DNA from: a virus | Direction: 5' to 3' (one strand) | IMG/VR virus record: IMGVR_UViG_3300047325_000072 | Coordinates: 31,559 to 95,558 of that record | Length of the DNA: 64,000 nucleotides | Part shown: piece after piece, positions 37,346-46,583 of the stretch | How positions within the stretch are numbered: the stretch's first letter is position 1 | Layout: each line of letters opens with the position of its first letter | The notes under the pieces: model-generated | What the model was told of the DNA's origin: nothing | What the model saw: the letters and a program-made list of their open reading frames with translations, nothing else | Database searches by the model: none | Position numbers and translations under genes: made by a program

Positions 37346-38229
37346 AGAGCGAGCGCAGCGCCCAAGCAGAAATCGGGCGAAAAGCGCTTTCGGAAACGAT
37401 CCAGTTGCGCGCAATAGTGATCTTGCCAGTCGTCTTTGACTTTTCGTACATCGTTATAGAAAGACTCGACCGAATCGGAGAAATCGATCACCTCCTTCCA
37501 CTCTCCTGAATGCACGTGCGGCTCGGCCACGACTGGCCTACCCATATGTAGGGCTGTAGCGCAGCGAGAAGATGAAATAATACCTTGCGAATCGTGCGCT
37601 CGGATCTGCGGTATTACACAACAACGACGCATCTCAGTATCACGCTCAGCGGCGCTTAATTTAATAAATGGAAGTATGTACCAAGTACCGCCAATTTTAT
37701 TGATAATGCTTTGCCGGCGCGGCGTTAACTGGCCATAAAAGCCATAATCGAACTCAGGTACCGGATAGTCTTCGCCGACGAATAAGAGTTCTTGGGCAAA
37801 TCCTAACTCCACATAAGCGGCCGGGGCAAACTTTCCGTACCAATTTGTAATATGAGATCCGGGCGCCAGGTGCCAAATCGTTTCGGCATAGCGTGCCGCG
37901 TCCGGAAAGATCGCCTGACGAGCGTCCATAGCATTGTCTAACCGGCCATTGAACGTGCCGCTTGGGGTCGGTTCCTCGGTGGCAATATAAATGAAACGAG
38001 AACCTAGAAAGAAAGCGCTTCTTATCATTTCAAGCGTAAATGGATCGGCGAAACTCTCATAGAGAACGTTTAAAGTATCCGAGTTTTCATCGGAAATATC
38101 CTCGTATTGCGAGGATTCGGAAGTCTGATGCCCGAGTTCGCGTAACTGAGATGAAAGAATGCGCGTCAAATCCTCAATGCAACGGCGCCCATCCTCACAA
38201 TGATTAAAAGTATTGAAGTGAAAATTCAT
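37342..38229 (-). CDS. Putative glycosyltransferase (GT-B), paralogue of 22549-23535
   Basis: ATEEPT, IWHLAPG, AYVELGF, DYGFYGQLTPRR, RDTEMRR, SSSRCATALHMGRPVVAEPH. Confidence 0.72.
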   Translation of the reverse strand: MNFHFNTFNHCEDGRRCIEDLTRILSSQLRELGHQTSESSQYEDISDENSDTLNVLYESFADPFTLEMIRSAFFLGSRFIYIATEEPTPSGTFNGRLDNAMDARQAIFPDAARYAETIWHLAPGSHITNWYGKFAPAAYVELGFAQELLFVGEDYPVPEFDYGFYGQLTPRRQSIINKIGGTWYILPFIKLSAAERDTEMRRCCVIPQIRAHDSQGIISSSRCATALHMGRPVVAEPHVHSGEWKEVIDFSDSVESFYNDVRKVKDDWQDHYCAQLDRFRKRFSPDFCLGAALAL

Positions 38230-38230
38230 T

Positions 38231-38947
38231 TTATCGTATCAACAATCTCAACAAATCCCGCGTGGCAGTGTCAGTCGGATAACGATTGCCCAGACAACGC
38301 GCCTCTAACGGCTCGATCTTATCCCAAACGTAAGCCGCTGGGCGTTCAGAAATCCCCCACCGAAACCACCAAATACCGCGCTCTCGACTACGAGGTTTCA
38401 GGCCCCGATGCGGACGCATCGTATCGGAGAGAAAGACCGTTCCCGCAGGGCCATAAATACGTCGAAGAATGTTATTGGGACCAGCCAATTCTTGAGGTCC
38501 GTCTTCGTCCGTAAGCACATCAGTCAAGAAAACGAACATCGCTAGAAAACGATCGTCGTCTTGGTCGCAATGCAACTCTTGAATATCCGCACGCGTTGCA
38601 GCAGGGCCAGGACGCGTCCAAAAAGCATTCATGGAGTACGCAACTGACCGTTCGACATCGAGATATTCAGCGGCAAATGGTGTATATTCTAGCGCGATCT
38701 CTAGAAGATGTGGCGCGCGAATCGCGTCCCATGTATGGACGCAAAGGCACTCGGACGTTTGAGCATCATTACGGCCTACCGGCCCGCGATGAAGATTACG
38801 CGCTGTCTGTGGCACATGCGCGTCAGCATAAACCGGACGGCTTAAAAGAAAGGTATTAGTCTCGGCGATCTTTTCAGGCGAAAGCTGAGCCACGACCGAG
38901 TAGCCCTGAGTTCGAAGCTCGTCTAAAATCAAACTTTTGTCAAACAA
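38231..38947 (-). CDS. 2OG-Fe(II) dioxygenase (PhyH-like)
   Basis: ELRTQGY, ELHCDQDD (HxD), MFVFLTDV..EDGP, GPAGTVFLSDT..PHRG..P..RER. Confidence 0.8.
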   Translation of the reverse strand: MFDKSLILDELRTQGYSVVAQLSPEKIAETNTFLLSRPVYADAHVPQTARNLHRGPVGRNDAQTSECLCVHTWDAIRAPHLLEIALEYTPFAAEYLDVERSVAYSMNAFWTRPGPAATRADIQELHCDQDDDRFLAMFVFLTDVLTDEDGPQELAGPNNILRRIYGPAGTVFLSDTMRPHRGLKPRSRERGIWWFRWGISERPAAYVWDKIEPLEARCLGNRYPTDTATRDLLRLLIR

Positions 38948-39169
38948 GCGATATCAACCCACTCGGGTCACGGCGGAACACCCTCGTCGTAACCGTATTC
39001 ATACTCGTCAGTCGCTTCGTCATATCCGCGCAAGTAGTGAACCCAAGTCTTATACTCTTTAGACGGGTCCGCAGTATTGAAGCGAAATTCGGTGGTAAAA
39101 TGCCGACTGCAAGCCGTCCCAGTCAATCATCCCGCCCATTCTACGTAACCTCTTGTGAGTAAAGTATCC

Positions 39170-39574
39170 TCAAGCAACTGGATTAGTTTCGGACCAATGT
39201 GGTTGAGTGTGGCGTTCCGTGGAACATTGAATATGTCCGCATATTTCACAAGCTGACGCAGTCCCGATATCAGCTAAATAATCCACTTCAATTGAAGCGC
39301 CTCGACAGCGCGCGGCGCGCACTTCAAAAGCAAATATTGCAGTTTGTAGGGAAGCAATAATAATATCGGTTTCCGCGCAGCTTTTCTGCCCCTTCATGTA
39401 AAGGGCGCGATCCAGGCAAGCGCGCAATACTTCTTGGGTCAATACGCCAGGATGACTGCCGACATTACCAGGATAATTACGGCCTGCGCGTTTGACGAAA
39501 ACTAAACGCTGCACATAAGTAGTATCATCAATACCTTGCAAATCGTAGACATGACCGGGGTCGATAACTTTCAA
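39170..39574 (-). CDS. Tad1/Acb2-like putative anti-defence sponge protein
   Basis: PGHVYDL..LVFVK..GVLTQEVLRACLDR..SCAETDIIIASLQTAIFAFEVR resembles the Tad1 pattern (H.Y; I.F.K; GV...LL....DR; REN..A....EEA..W..RR). Confidence 0.5.
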   Translation of the reverse strand: MKVIDPGHVYDLQGIDDTTYVQRLVFVKRAGRNYPGNVGSHPGVLTQEVLRACLDRALYMKGQKSCAETDIIIASLQTAIFAFEVRAARCRGASIEVDYLADIGTASACEICGHIQCSTERHTQPHWSETNPVA

Positions 39575-39727
39575 TACGGGCCTCCGCCGGAAACTCAGAA
39601 TCTCAGGTCAACCGGGTCGCCGTATTCGCCGAGATCGGCGCATGACCCCAATCGGCAGGGGTAAGACCCTTGAATTCCGGATGGATTGACGTGTCAACCG
39701 CTGTTTCGCCGAGATATCGCGGCACTG

Positions 39728-40294
39728 TTATCCCCCCGCGGACATATAAGCGGTACCAACCTTATCCCCAACGATTGTCAGCCCGGAAAGCTCCGCTAAG
39801 AACCTATGGACCTGTACTTCGGGATAAGCCGAACGCGGCAGTGCGTCGTGGAAAGCGATTATGCCGCCGGGGCGCACGAGCCGAGCATAAGTGGCATAAT
39901 CAGCGCGAACGTCGTTGTAGCTATGCCCTGCGTCGATAAAAAGCAAATCATAGGGCGCGTATGATTCAGCTAACGCAACGGCACGCACATCATGGGTATC
40001 GGCACCAATTTCCGGCGGTAGATCGTCTATTAGAACGCGTCCAAGATCAATCGAAACAACACGATCGAAGTACAAGCGCCAAAGATCGTGACTAGCAACG
40101 CACGGACCTATTCCAAGTTGAAGGCAACTATCAAACTTTGTCGATGCTTTGATAATTGCCTCGAACTCTGCTCGAACCTGCATTACTGCCGGCAGGTAAT
40201 TAGGAGTACCATCGGCCGCAGCATGATCGTCATGCCAACCCCAGCGTGGAGAATATTTCTGCGATCTCAATAAAGTGTCGTAGGTGTTCATCAC
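39728..40294 (-). CDS. Class I SAM-dependent methyltransferase (Methyltransf_24-like)
   Basis: CLQLGIG, VVSID, YDLLFIDAGHSYNDVRADY..LVRPGGIIAFHD. Confidence 0.88.
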   Translation of the reverse strand: MMNTYDTLLRSQKYSPRWGWHDDHAAADGTPNYLPAVMQVRAEFEAIIKASTKFDSCLQLGIGPCVASHDLWRLYFDRVVSIDLGRVLIDDLPPEIGADTHDVRAVALAESYAPYDLLFIDAGHSYNDVRADYATYARLVRPGGIIAFHDALPRSAYPEVQVHRFLAELSGLTIVGDKVGTAYMSAGG

Positions 40295-42099
40295 TTTAAC
40301 TCAAACAACGAACACCCCGCGCTAGGGGATATGAGTCCTGCTACCAACTCGCATCCATGCGGTGAAAGAAAGTTTACGCAAACCGCGCACCGCTTAGTCG
40401 GATCACTAGAAAGATAAACGTAATGTACATCCTCCTTCGCGTCTTTCTCTTGGTTCAGCATAATATCGGGAGCAAAACCCCCACTAACCGGCTTTCCGAA
40501 GTTGGCAGCCTTGCTGGAAAGAGAACTCGCGAGACGGTTGGAAGGATCACGAGGATGAAGTTCGCCGCCCGGCGTCAAAGTTTCCGTGCCAGGATGCCCA
40601 ACGGGATCAATACCAGGCTCAGACGTTGGTAACGAATCAGAAAGATCGATAGTTGAGAAAGGAGATTGATGATCTACGGCTATTTGTTCCCGGACCTCCT
40701 CCGGCGCGACAGCGCCCATCGCGACAGCCGCGTCGTAGATATCCATCTTTGTCTTCTGAACGCCTACCAAGGCAACCTCATCCAACTGCCAAAGCGGTTT
40801 GAACTCGGCTACAATCTCCCGATCAACTTCACCCCAAAGATGCAACATCAAAAAGCCTAGGCAGGCGTGCAGATTAGGACGAAAAAGCAATTCCTGAAAG
40901 GCAGCAATCCAATCGTAAAAGGTTCGAATTTCCCCCTCGGACGAAGCATTCAGCCCGGCGGGCTGAATACCTAGAAGTTTTACTAAAGGAATGCGTCCAA
41001 TAGCAGCCATGTGCTCCTGCGTCTGGGCTTGGAGCGCATCCAAAGAGGCTAGCGACGCAGAAATGTTCTTGAATTCTTCAGAGTTCTTGTCTATCGCCAG
41101 GACGCCGGAATTGTCGCGAAGAATATTGAACAATTCCAGCCGAGAGAAAAGCTGTTCACCCCCAACCTGGAGAGTGGACTGCATGTCCGTCGATAGAACA
41201 AATACCGAAAATGAACGAATGATATCCGCGACAGCCTGCCTTGTACGCAGCCAATTATCTACATAAGGTTTTGCCATCTGCGACATCGCCAAGCCGCCGA
41301 AAGCATAGGTAGGCTTTAGCAGGTCCGGCGCCTCTCGCCCAACAAATGTCAATAATGACGAGCGGTGAATAGCGTTACCCATGACAAACCATGTCACAGG
41401 CTTATACCAATCCTCTTTCAAAGGGTTGGCCGCATCATATTGTGTCGGGTATGTCCAAACCGGCTCGATTGGCCGAAATGCCTTCAAACTGCCCTTTGGG
41501 ACCCTCATACGGGATAATTCATTCCATCCCGTACCGATATCTAATGGCAATTCCTCCCGATCGTCCGTGCGCCCGGTATCAATGTAGATATGCCCGCGGC
41601 CAAAGAAACCGTCGTAAGCCGCACATTTCTGAAACGCGCCACGAAGATCGAACTCTTCCATGGCGTCGTTAAGCTGCTTGATACGATCAACCTTCTTGTC
41701 AACCGTCGATGTAGATTTAAGCTCTATCCACTCCCGTGTCATTTCCGACGCGATAACCTCGGTCAGGGCGCGGTACTCCGGCACCTGAGCCAATTCGCTC
41801 AATGCCGCATAGCCAAAAAATGTGTATCCCGAGTTGATAGACCCGGAGAGAATTGACCCCGCTGTCCAAGCGTTCAGTTCGCCGAAAGCGGAATCCATCG
41901 CGAGCGTTGGCTCGGCCGGCTTAACACCGGCCGGGAAGTCAGGCAGACGCAACTTGCCCGGAGCAGCGACGGCGACAGACGAGCGCCGATCGCCCGGCAA
42001 CTCTAACCAGCGCCGCAAGCGCCCCCCGCGCGCGCCGGCAACTACGTCAGGCGTAATGCGCTTCAACCAGGACTGAAAAAATGAATACTGTTCGGGCAT
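40291..42099 (-). CDS. Portal protein (DUF1073-like) with C-terminal HiPIP-like domain
   Basis: FFGYAALSELAQVPEYR, EMTREWI, IPLVKLLGIQPAGLNASSEGEIR; C-terminus RCAVCVNF..GCELVAGLISP..GCSLF. Confidence 0.9.
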   Translation of the reverse strand: MPEQYSFFQSWLKRITPDVVAGARGGRLRRWLELPGDRRSSVAVAAPGKLRLPDFPAGVKPAEPTLAMDSAFGELNAWTAGSILSGSINSGYTFFGYAALSELAQVPEYRALTEVIASEMTREWIELKSTSTVDKKVDRIKQLNDAMEEFDLRGAFQKCAAYDGFFGRGHIYIDTGRTDDREELPLDIGTGWNELSRMRVPKGSLKAFRPIEPVWTYPTQYDAANPLKEDWYKPVTWFVMGNAIHRSSLLTFVGREAPDLLKPTYAFGGLAMSQMAKPYVDNWLRTRQAVADIIRSFSVFVLSTDMQSTLQVGGEQLFSRLELFNILRDNSGVLAIDKNSEEFKNISASLASLDALQAQTQEHMAAIGRIPLVKLLGIQPAGLNASSEGEIRTFYDWIAAFQELLFRPNLHACLGFLMLHLWGEVDREIVAEFKPLWQLDEVALVGVQKTKMDIYDAAVAMGAVAPEEVREQIAVDHQSPFSTIDLSDSLPTSEPGIDPVGHPGTETLTPGGELHPRDPSNRLASSLSSKAANFGKPVSGGFAPDIMLNQEKDAKEDVHYVYLSSDPTKRCAVCVNFLSPHGCELVAGLISPSAGCSLFELK

Positions 42100-43940
42100 T
42101 AGCGCCGCCGGGCCATCGCACGCGCGCGCTCTAAGACCGCCGAATTGATCGCGAGGCCACCGCCGGCAAGCTCCGGGCGCGGCCCCGGATCGACCGGGGA
42201 GGAAGCTAGAAAGCGTTGCATTGGCGACGGCACAGCCGCACGCACAAGCACGCCGTTGGTAATAACGATAGGCTGCGGCGCGCGCGCAAAACGGATCATC
42301 GCCGCGTCTGCCAGGTTAGGAGAACGCGAGCCGTCCGGTTTCTTATCTATCAAAATCTTCCCGACGCCGTTTACCGAGTAAGTGGGTTGCGAAAGTTGCG
42401 AAGCTAATTCCATCTTTAGCTCGCAACCTTCATGGATCGAAACGATATCGTCGGGATGACACGGAACACCCTCTACAACCCAGCGATAGACGTTCCGAAA
42501 CCGGCGACGAAGTGCCCACCAACCCTGAGCCTTTCGATTAGCAAAAAAGTCCTTATTGAAACGTCCCGGCTCGTCCTGTTTATCGGGTTCAAAAGGTGCC
42601 TCAGAGCCACGAAACGGCAAAACTTCCACCCGCGGACGATGTTGCGTTAGCCGACGCTCGTTAATAACGCGCGCGTCGCCCCGGACACCGGCCCCGAGGC
42701 CATCCGAATCGAAACGATATTCCGTAACCCCGAGCGTGTCACAAAGGTCAAAGCATCGCTGCGTGGTGCCGAAAATGTCGTCACCTTTCCCCGACCATTC
42801 CGCGATGTGCTGTACTTCCACCCCGAGCGTGGCAATAAAGGCGTTGCGGTCCATCCCCTCGTCAGCGACATCGAGGGCCGCGGCGAGCTTTCCACTAGGC
42901 TCAATCCCGAGCTTAGCGCAAGCGCCGATAGCAGCGAGCACCCAAGGGCGCGGGATAAGGACGCCCTCTACCGAGGCGGAGTAATCGATATCAATTTCTT
43001 GAGCGACCACAGCCGCGGAAAACGCCTCAGAAACCTGCTTGTTGTACCAAGCGTCGTCTTTTCGAGGATCGTCACGCCAATGAAAAGTAAAGACCTTTAT
43101 GCGTCCCGAATGGCGGTTTTGCTCGAAAGGATTACCTAAGCCGGCCGCTGTCGAAATATCATGCCGGGCATAGGTCGTTGACATCAACGACGCCTCAGCT
43201 AGATGAGGCCGCTCTAAGTGCGCGGCCTCGTCAACAAAGTACAATGCCGTGCGGTCCGACCGACCGATATTGTCGCCCCCGTCACCCGCAATAAACGAGC
43301 CGGTGCTAGGAAACGTAATACGCATGGAGGGGGCCATGCTACGATTCCAGCCACCCGTCCACTCGTTCGGGAGATGCTCCAAAAAGAGCCGCCCTTTTTC
43401 CAAGAGGGACTTAGGCTGCCCAATCGTATCCACATTGCGTGCCAAATTGGAGCCGAAACCAGCAGACATCTGCCGCGAGAATAAGCAAAGCGTGCATGCT
43501 GTTGCAACCGCCAGCCAGGAAACTCCCGACTCGCGGGATTTTTCCGTAAGCGCGCGGTTTCGACGGCGCCACGATTCTATGGCAAACTCTACCCAATCAA
43601 CCTGCCGGGGAAAGAGAAGGAATGGGATCGTAGCCGGCAGACCGATATCTAGGTTACGCGGCTCGAACGTAGATCCCCAATCGGTTATGAATTCAGCCGG
43701 ATAGTGTAAATAGTAAACCTTAGCAGGCTCGATTACACTAGGATCTTCTCGGATCCTTTCTAGGGCAGCCTCCCGGTGCTCGGCTACTCTGTCGTAGTCA
43801 GGCGCTTTCCAATCAAACTCAAGCGCATCCGGCCCCCGGATATAGGCAACAGCGTCACTCGGCGACCATACGTGGCCGGATCGTGCCAGGGACCGGCGCC
43901 GGTATTCCCTCTCGGCCAATTGCAACCGGCGCGCCTCCAT
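42099..43940 (-). CDS. terL: Terminase large subunit
   Basis: Walker A EKSRESGVSW, Walker B YFVDEAAH, nuclease ALDVADEG and SPNLADA; start uncertain (43940 or 43964), overlapping terS. Confidence 0.93.
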   Translation of the reverse strand: MEARRLQLAEREYRRRSLARSGHVWSPSDAVAYIRGPDALEFDWKAPDYDRVAEHREAALERIREDPSVIEPAKVYYLHYPAEFITDWGSTFEPRNLDIGLPATIPFLLFPRQVDWVEFAIESWRRRNRALTEKSRESGVSWLAVATACTLCLFSRQMSAGFGSNLARNVDTIGQPKSLLEKGRLFLEHLPNEWTGGWNRSMAPSMRITFPSTGSFIAGDGGDNIGRSDRTALYFVDEAAHLERPHLAEASLMSTTYARHDISTAAGLGNPFEQNRHSGRIKVFTFHWRDDPRKDDAWYNKQVSEAFSAAVVAQEIDIDYSASVEGVLIPRPWVLAAIGACAKLGIEPSGKLAAALDVADEGMDRNAFIATLGVEVQHIAEWSGKGDDIFGTTQRCFDLCDTLGVTEYRFDSDGLGAGVRGDARVINERRLTQHRPRVEVLPFRGSEAPFEPDKQDEPGRFNKDFFANRKAQGWWALRRRFRNVYRWVVEGVPCHPDDIVSIHEGCELKMELASQLSQPTYSVNGVGKILIDKKPDGSRSPNLADAAMIRFARAPQPIVITNGVLVRAAVPSPMQRFLASSPVDPGPRPELAGGGLAINSAVLERARAMARRR

Positions 43941-44817
43941 CGACGCGCGTAAACTGGCCCTCAATTTCTACTCCGTTCGCTTCAAGGTCGGCCTCAAGCT
44001 CCTCGTCGGTCATTTCCTCGATAGACTTCGAAGAATATTTGTTTGGGTCCGGGAGGTGCTTCGCCAGTTGTACCTCCGCAAACTCCTGATCGCGCATCAA
44101 AACTTCAAAACCGCCGTTGGCAAGGCGACGCACTCCCTTGTACAACGCGCGACCGCCCGGTGATAATGACCGCGTATCATGAAAAATTGGCGTTGCCATA
44201 CCATGGCCGTGACACTCCGGGCAGGAATGATTCGAATTCGCCTCAACAATCTGCCCATGGGCTTTAGCCATTTCAACGAAATCCGGTCCGCGCATCGGAA
44301 ATCGATTGATCGAGTATCCGGCGCCCCCCTGCTCGTCGAAGTCCGTCCGATCCTGCGGCGAAAACTCAAGCATATTCTCTTGATGTGCGCTTCGCGCCGC
44401 ACGAAATTCGCCATCCGTCATCTGGAGACTGTGATCTATACCCCAACAATAGCGACACGCCACCATCCACATTTCGGTAAGCTCGCGCGGATCGGCGTCA
44501 ACGAGCACTTTCCAGCGATTGATAACGTAATCCGCGTGAATTTGGACGCGCGTTGCGCGACGCGCCCTGCTGAGCGCGATAGCTCTCTGAATTTTACGGC
44601 GAGAGAGAAGCCTAGGACCGGACTTCTCTGGCTCCGCGATGCCCGCACGCCGGGCCGCCTCGATAGGATCGAAATCAACCAGATACTCTTCGGCAAACCA
44701 TGCCTCTTTCGGCTCCAGCACAAAATCGCGCTGTGAGGGGGGGCGAAGATAACGGGCGCTAGGCGCAGGGCGTTTAGGCTCCGGAGTAGCGCGGATATAT
44801 CCAGAGGGGAGCGGCAT
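43855..44817 (-). CDS. terS: Terminase small subunit with CxxC/CxxC insert
   Basis: FAEEYLVDFD..EAARRAG; CRYCWG...CPECHGHG; IEEMTDEELE. Confidence 0.88.
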   Translation of the reverse strand: MPLPSGYIRATPEPKRPAPSARYLRPPSQRDFVLEPKEAWFAEEYLVDFDPIEAARRAGIAEPEKSGPRLLSRRKIQRAIALSRARRATRVQIHADYVINRWKVLVDADPRELTEMWMVACRYCWGIDHSLQMTDGEFRAARSAHQENMLEFSPQDRTDFDEQGGAGYSINRFPMRGPDFVEMAKAHGQIVEANSNHSCPECHGHGMATPIFHDTRSLSPGGRALYKGVRRLANGGFEVLMRDQEFAEVQLAKHLPDPNKYSSKSIEEMTDEELEADLEANGVEIEGQFTRVDGGAPVAIGREGIPAPVPGTIRPRMVAE

Positions 44818-44866
44818 TGTATTGGAGTCAAATCCAAGATTCTGATGGAATCCGAAAAATTAGGGC

Positions 44867-44895
44867 TTTACTTTAGGCGGTGATAAGTAGATAAT
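44867..44895 (+). promoter_or_regulatory. Sigma70-like phage promoter
   Basis: TTTACT-17 bp-GATAAT; motif recurs upstream of plus-strand operons. Confidence 0.65.
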
Positions 44896-44926
44896 CTGTC
44901 TTGTCAGACGGAGGGAAAACAGACAG

Positions 44927-45040
44927 ATGGTTCGCACAACGCTTTACACCATACACGGCGCCGGCCATGTCGAGGTCGCGCCGCTTCCACCGGATGAAAC
45001 AATCGTTGTGGCTATCAAGCCGGAGGCGTCCGATGCCTGA
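44927..45040 (+). CDS. 37-aa small protein (not in ORF track)
   Basis: RBS GGAGGG; MVRTTLYTIHGAGHVEVAPLPPDETIVVAIKPEASDA; overlaps the next start. Confidence 0.5.
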   Translation: MVRTTLYTIHGAGHVEVAPLPPDETIVVAIKPEASDA

Positions 45041-45479
45041 TTACCCGATACCAATCAGCTCGAACTTCGCCATTATAGATATCAAAGCAGGGCGTGGTTT
45101 CATACGCAAGCGTATCGAAAAGGCCGGCGGCGACAACGCACGCATTCCCGTGGTCATTCGTGGGCATATCGACAGAATTCATAGTCGTGACGATGGTATC
45201 TCACAAGAGTTCTCCATTGCCGTCGTCAGTGCAGTCAAAGTTCCCAGTACCAAAATCATTATCTCGGACATCGAGTATGACCGGGCGAAGTCACTGGAGC
45301 TGCGTGAGCGTGTAATCGACTTGCGCAACGCTTTGCATGGCAGCTTGGACAAGCACGGCGACATGGCTGTGTATCTGACTCACCTTGCTTCATGGATGAC
45401 CGTCGTCATTGACGAGCGTTGGCCTGAGATGGGCAAGCACGATAACCAGCCCAAATCAAAACAGAAGGGTAAGTCCTGA
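45033..45479 (+). CDS. Hypothetical phage protein
   Basis: RBS GGAGG before ATG 45033 (MPDYPIPISSNFAIIDIKAGR). Confidence 0.6.
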   Translation: MPDYPIPISSNFAIIDIKAGRGFIRKRIEKAGGDNARIPVVIRGHIDRIHSRDDGISQEFSIAVVSAVKVPSTKIIISDIEYDRAKSLELRERVIDLRNALHGSLDKHGDMAVYLTHLASWMTVVIDERWPEMGKHDNQPKSKQKGKS

Positions 45480-45480
45480 G

Positions 45481-45861
45481 ATGGCCCACAAGCTGGCACG
45501 CGGGCGCAAGCTGTACCGGCGGATGAACGCGTGCTGGGATGCCGGAGGCTTCGTGCGCGTCGGCACGGCGGCCCGCTACACCGATCTAAAGGCTAAGAAC
45601 CGGGAGCTGGTTAAGCTTGGCGCGTCCGGGTCAGTCTACATGGCCCGTGGCGTTCTCCTAAACACGGAAAGATATTCCATGAGTAGGTTCCTGCTTCGCA
45701 GCAGTCCGTTTCGTCTTAACCGCAAGGCTAAGACCAGAGCGTCCCGCTCCACAGGCTGTGACCGAAGAACTTCCGGCCCCAACGGCTGGCGATACACGTT
45801 TCGGCCAATATCTAAAGATTTTGGCCGAAACGTGTATCGAAAACACACGGATCACCATTAA
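45481..45861 (+). CDS. Hypothetical phage protein
   Basis: ATG immediately after the upstream stop (MAHKLARGRKLYRRM). Confidence 0.45.
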   Translation: MAHKLARGRKLYRRMNACWDAGGFVRVGTAARYTDLKAKNRELVKLGASGSVYMARGVLLNTERYSMSRFLLRSSPFRLNRKAKTRASRSTGCDRRTSGPNGWRYTFRPISKDFGRNVYRKHTDHH

Positions 45862-46081
45862 CGCGGGCGCCCTTAACCCTAGGCGGCCGGATGTTACACG
45901 TCCTCTAAGGTAGAGCCTTAAGCTCAAAAGGGACTAAACACCAAAGCCTATATAGCGGGCAAAAGCGACCGCGTAAAGGGATATTTCGCTGTCTGATCCA
46001 AAAAATTATTACTGAATTTCAGAAATTAGAGCTTTTACTTTAGGCGACGATCTGTCTTGTCGAACGGAGGAGAGAACGAAG

Positions 46082-46279
46082 ATGCCTATGCACGAACACG
46101 ACGAACTGCAGCGTGAGCTCGACAGCGGCGAAGTGATTACCATGTACAAGCTGGAGCAAGACTACCCACCGGGCAAGCCCTGGGAAGTCGCCTGCTGGAC
46201 TAGCACGTACGGCGACAACAGGTGGACCAGTTATTTTGCAACCGAGGCTGAGGCATTCAGGGAGTATATGCGCTACTAG
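46082..46279 (+). CDS. Hypothetical phage protein
   Basis: RBS GGAGGAG; 65 aa. Confidence 0.6.
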   Translation: MPMHEHDELQRELDSGEVITMYKLEQDYPPGKPWEVACWTSTYGDNRWTSYFATEAEAFREYMRY

Positions 46280-46583
46280 CTGGCAACTCTCAGAGAGGGG
46301 GCGGGCTGTGGGGCCTGCCCCCTCCAAAGCATCCCTTGGCCACCTGGATTAAGGGAAGCAGACGTTTTGAGACTGAAGAGGAAGCTCACAAGTTCTTGGA
46401 AGAGGTAGCCAAGCCGGTGTACGGGAAGCACAATGTTCGCATTTTTGCTATTACGGATTAACAATTCGCAAGGGAGGGTGTCTAGGCACTCTCCCATATC
46501 ACCCGACAGGCCAGGCGCTCGACGTGGCAACGTGCCACCCGGCAATGTGGCACAGCCGGCAATAGCCGGACGCAATCGAGCCG

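Noticed and set aside
38967-39176. In-frame TGA between two short ORFs, suggesting readthrough or recoding
   Set aside because: TGA works as a normal stop throughout the window; no homology or SECIS-like structure recognised
36131-40294. Gtr-type O-antigen seroconversion or DNA base hypermodification cluster
   Set aside because: No flippase, bactoprenol GT or membrane GT; no recognisable hydroxymethylase or DNA polymerase in the window; genes sit in the late structural operon. Disfavoured rather than excluded
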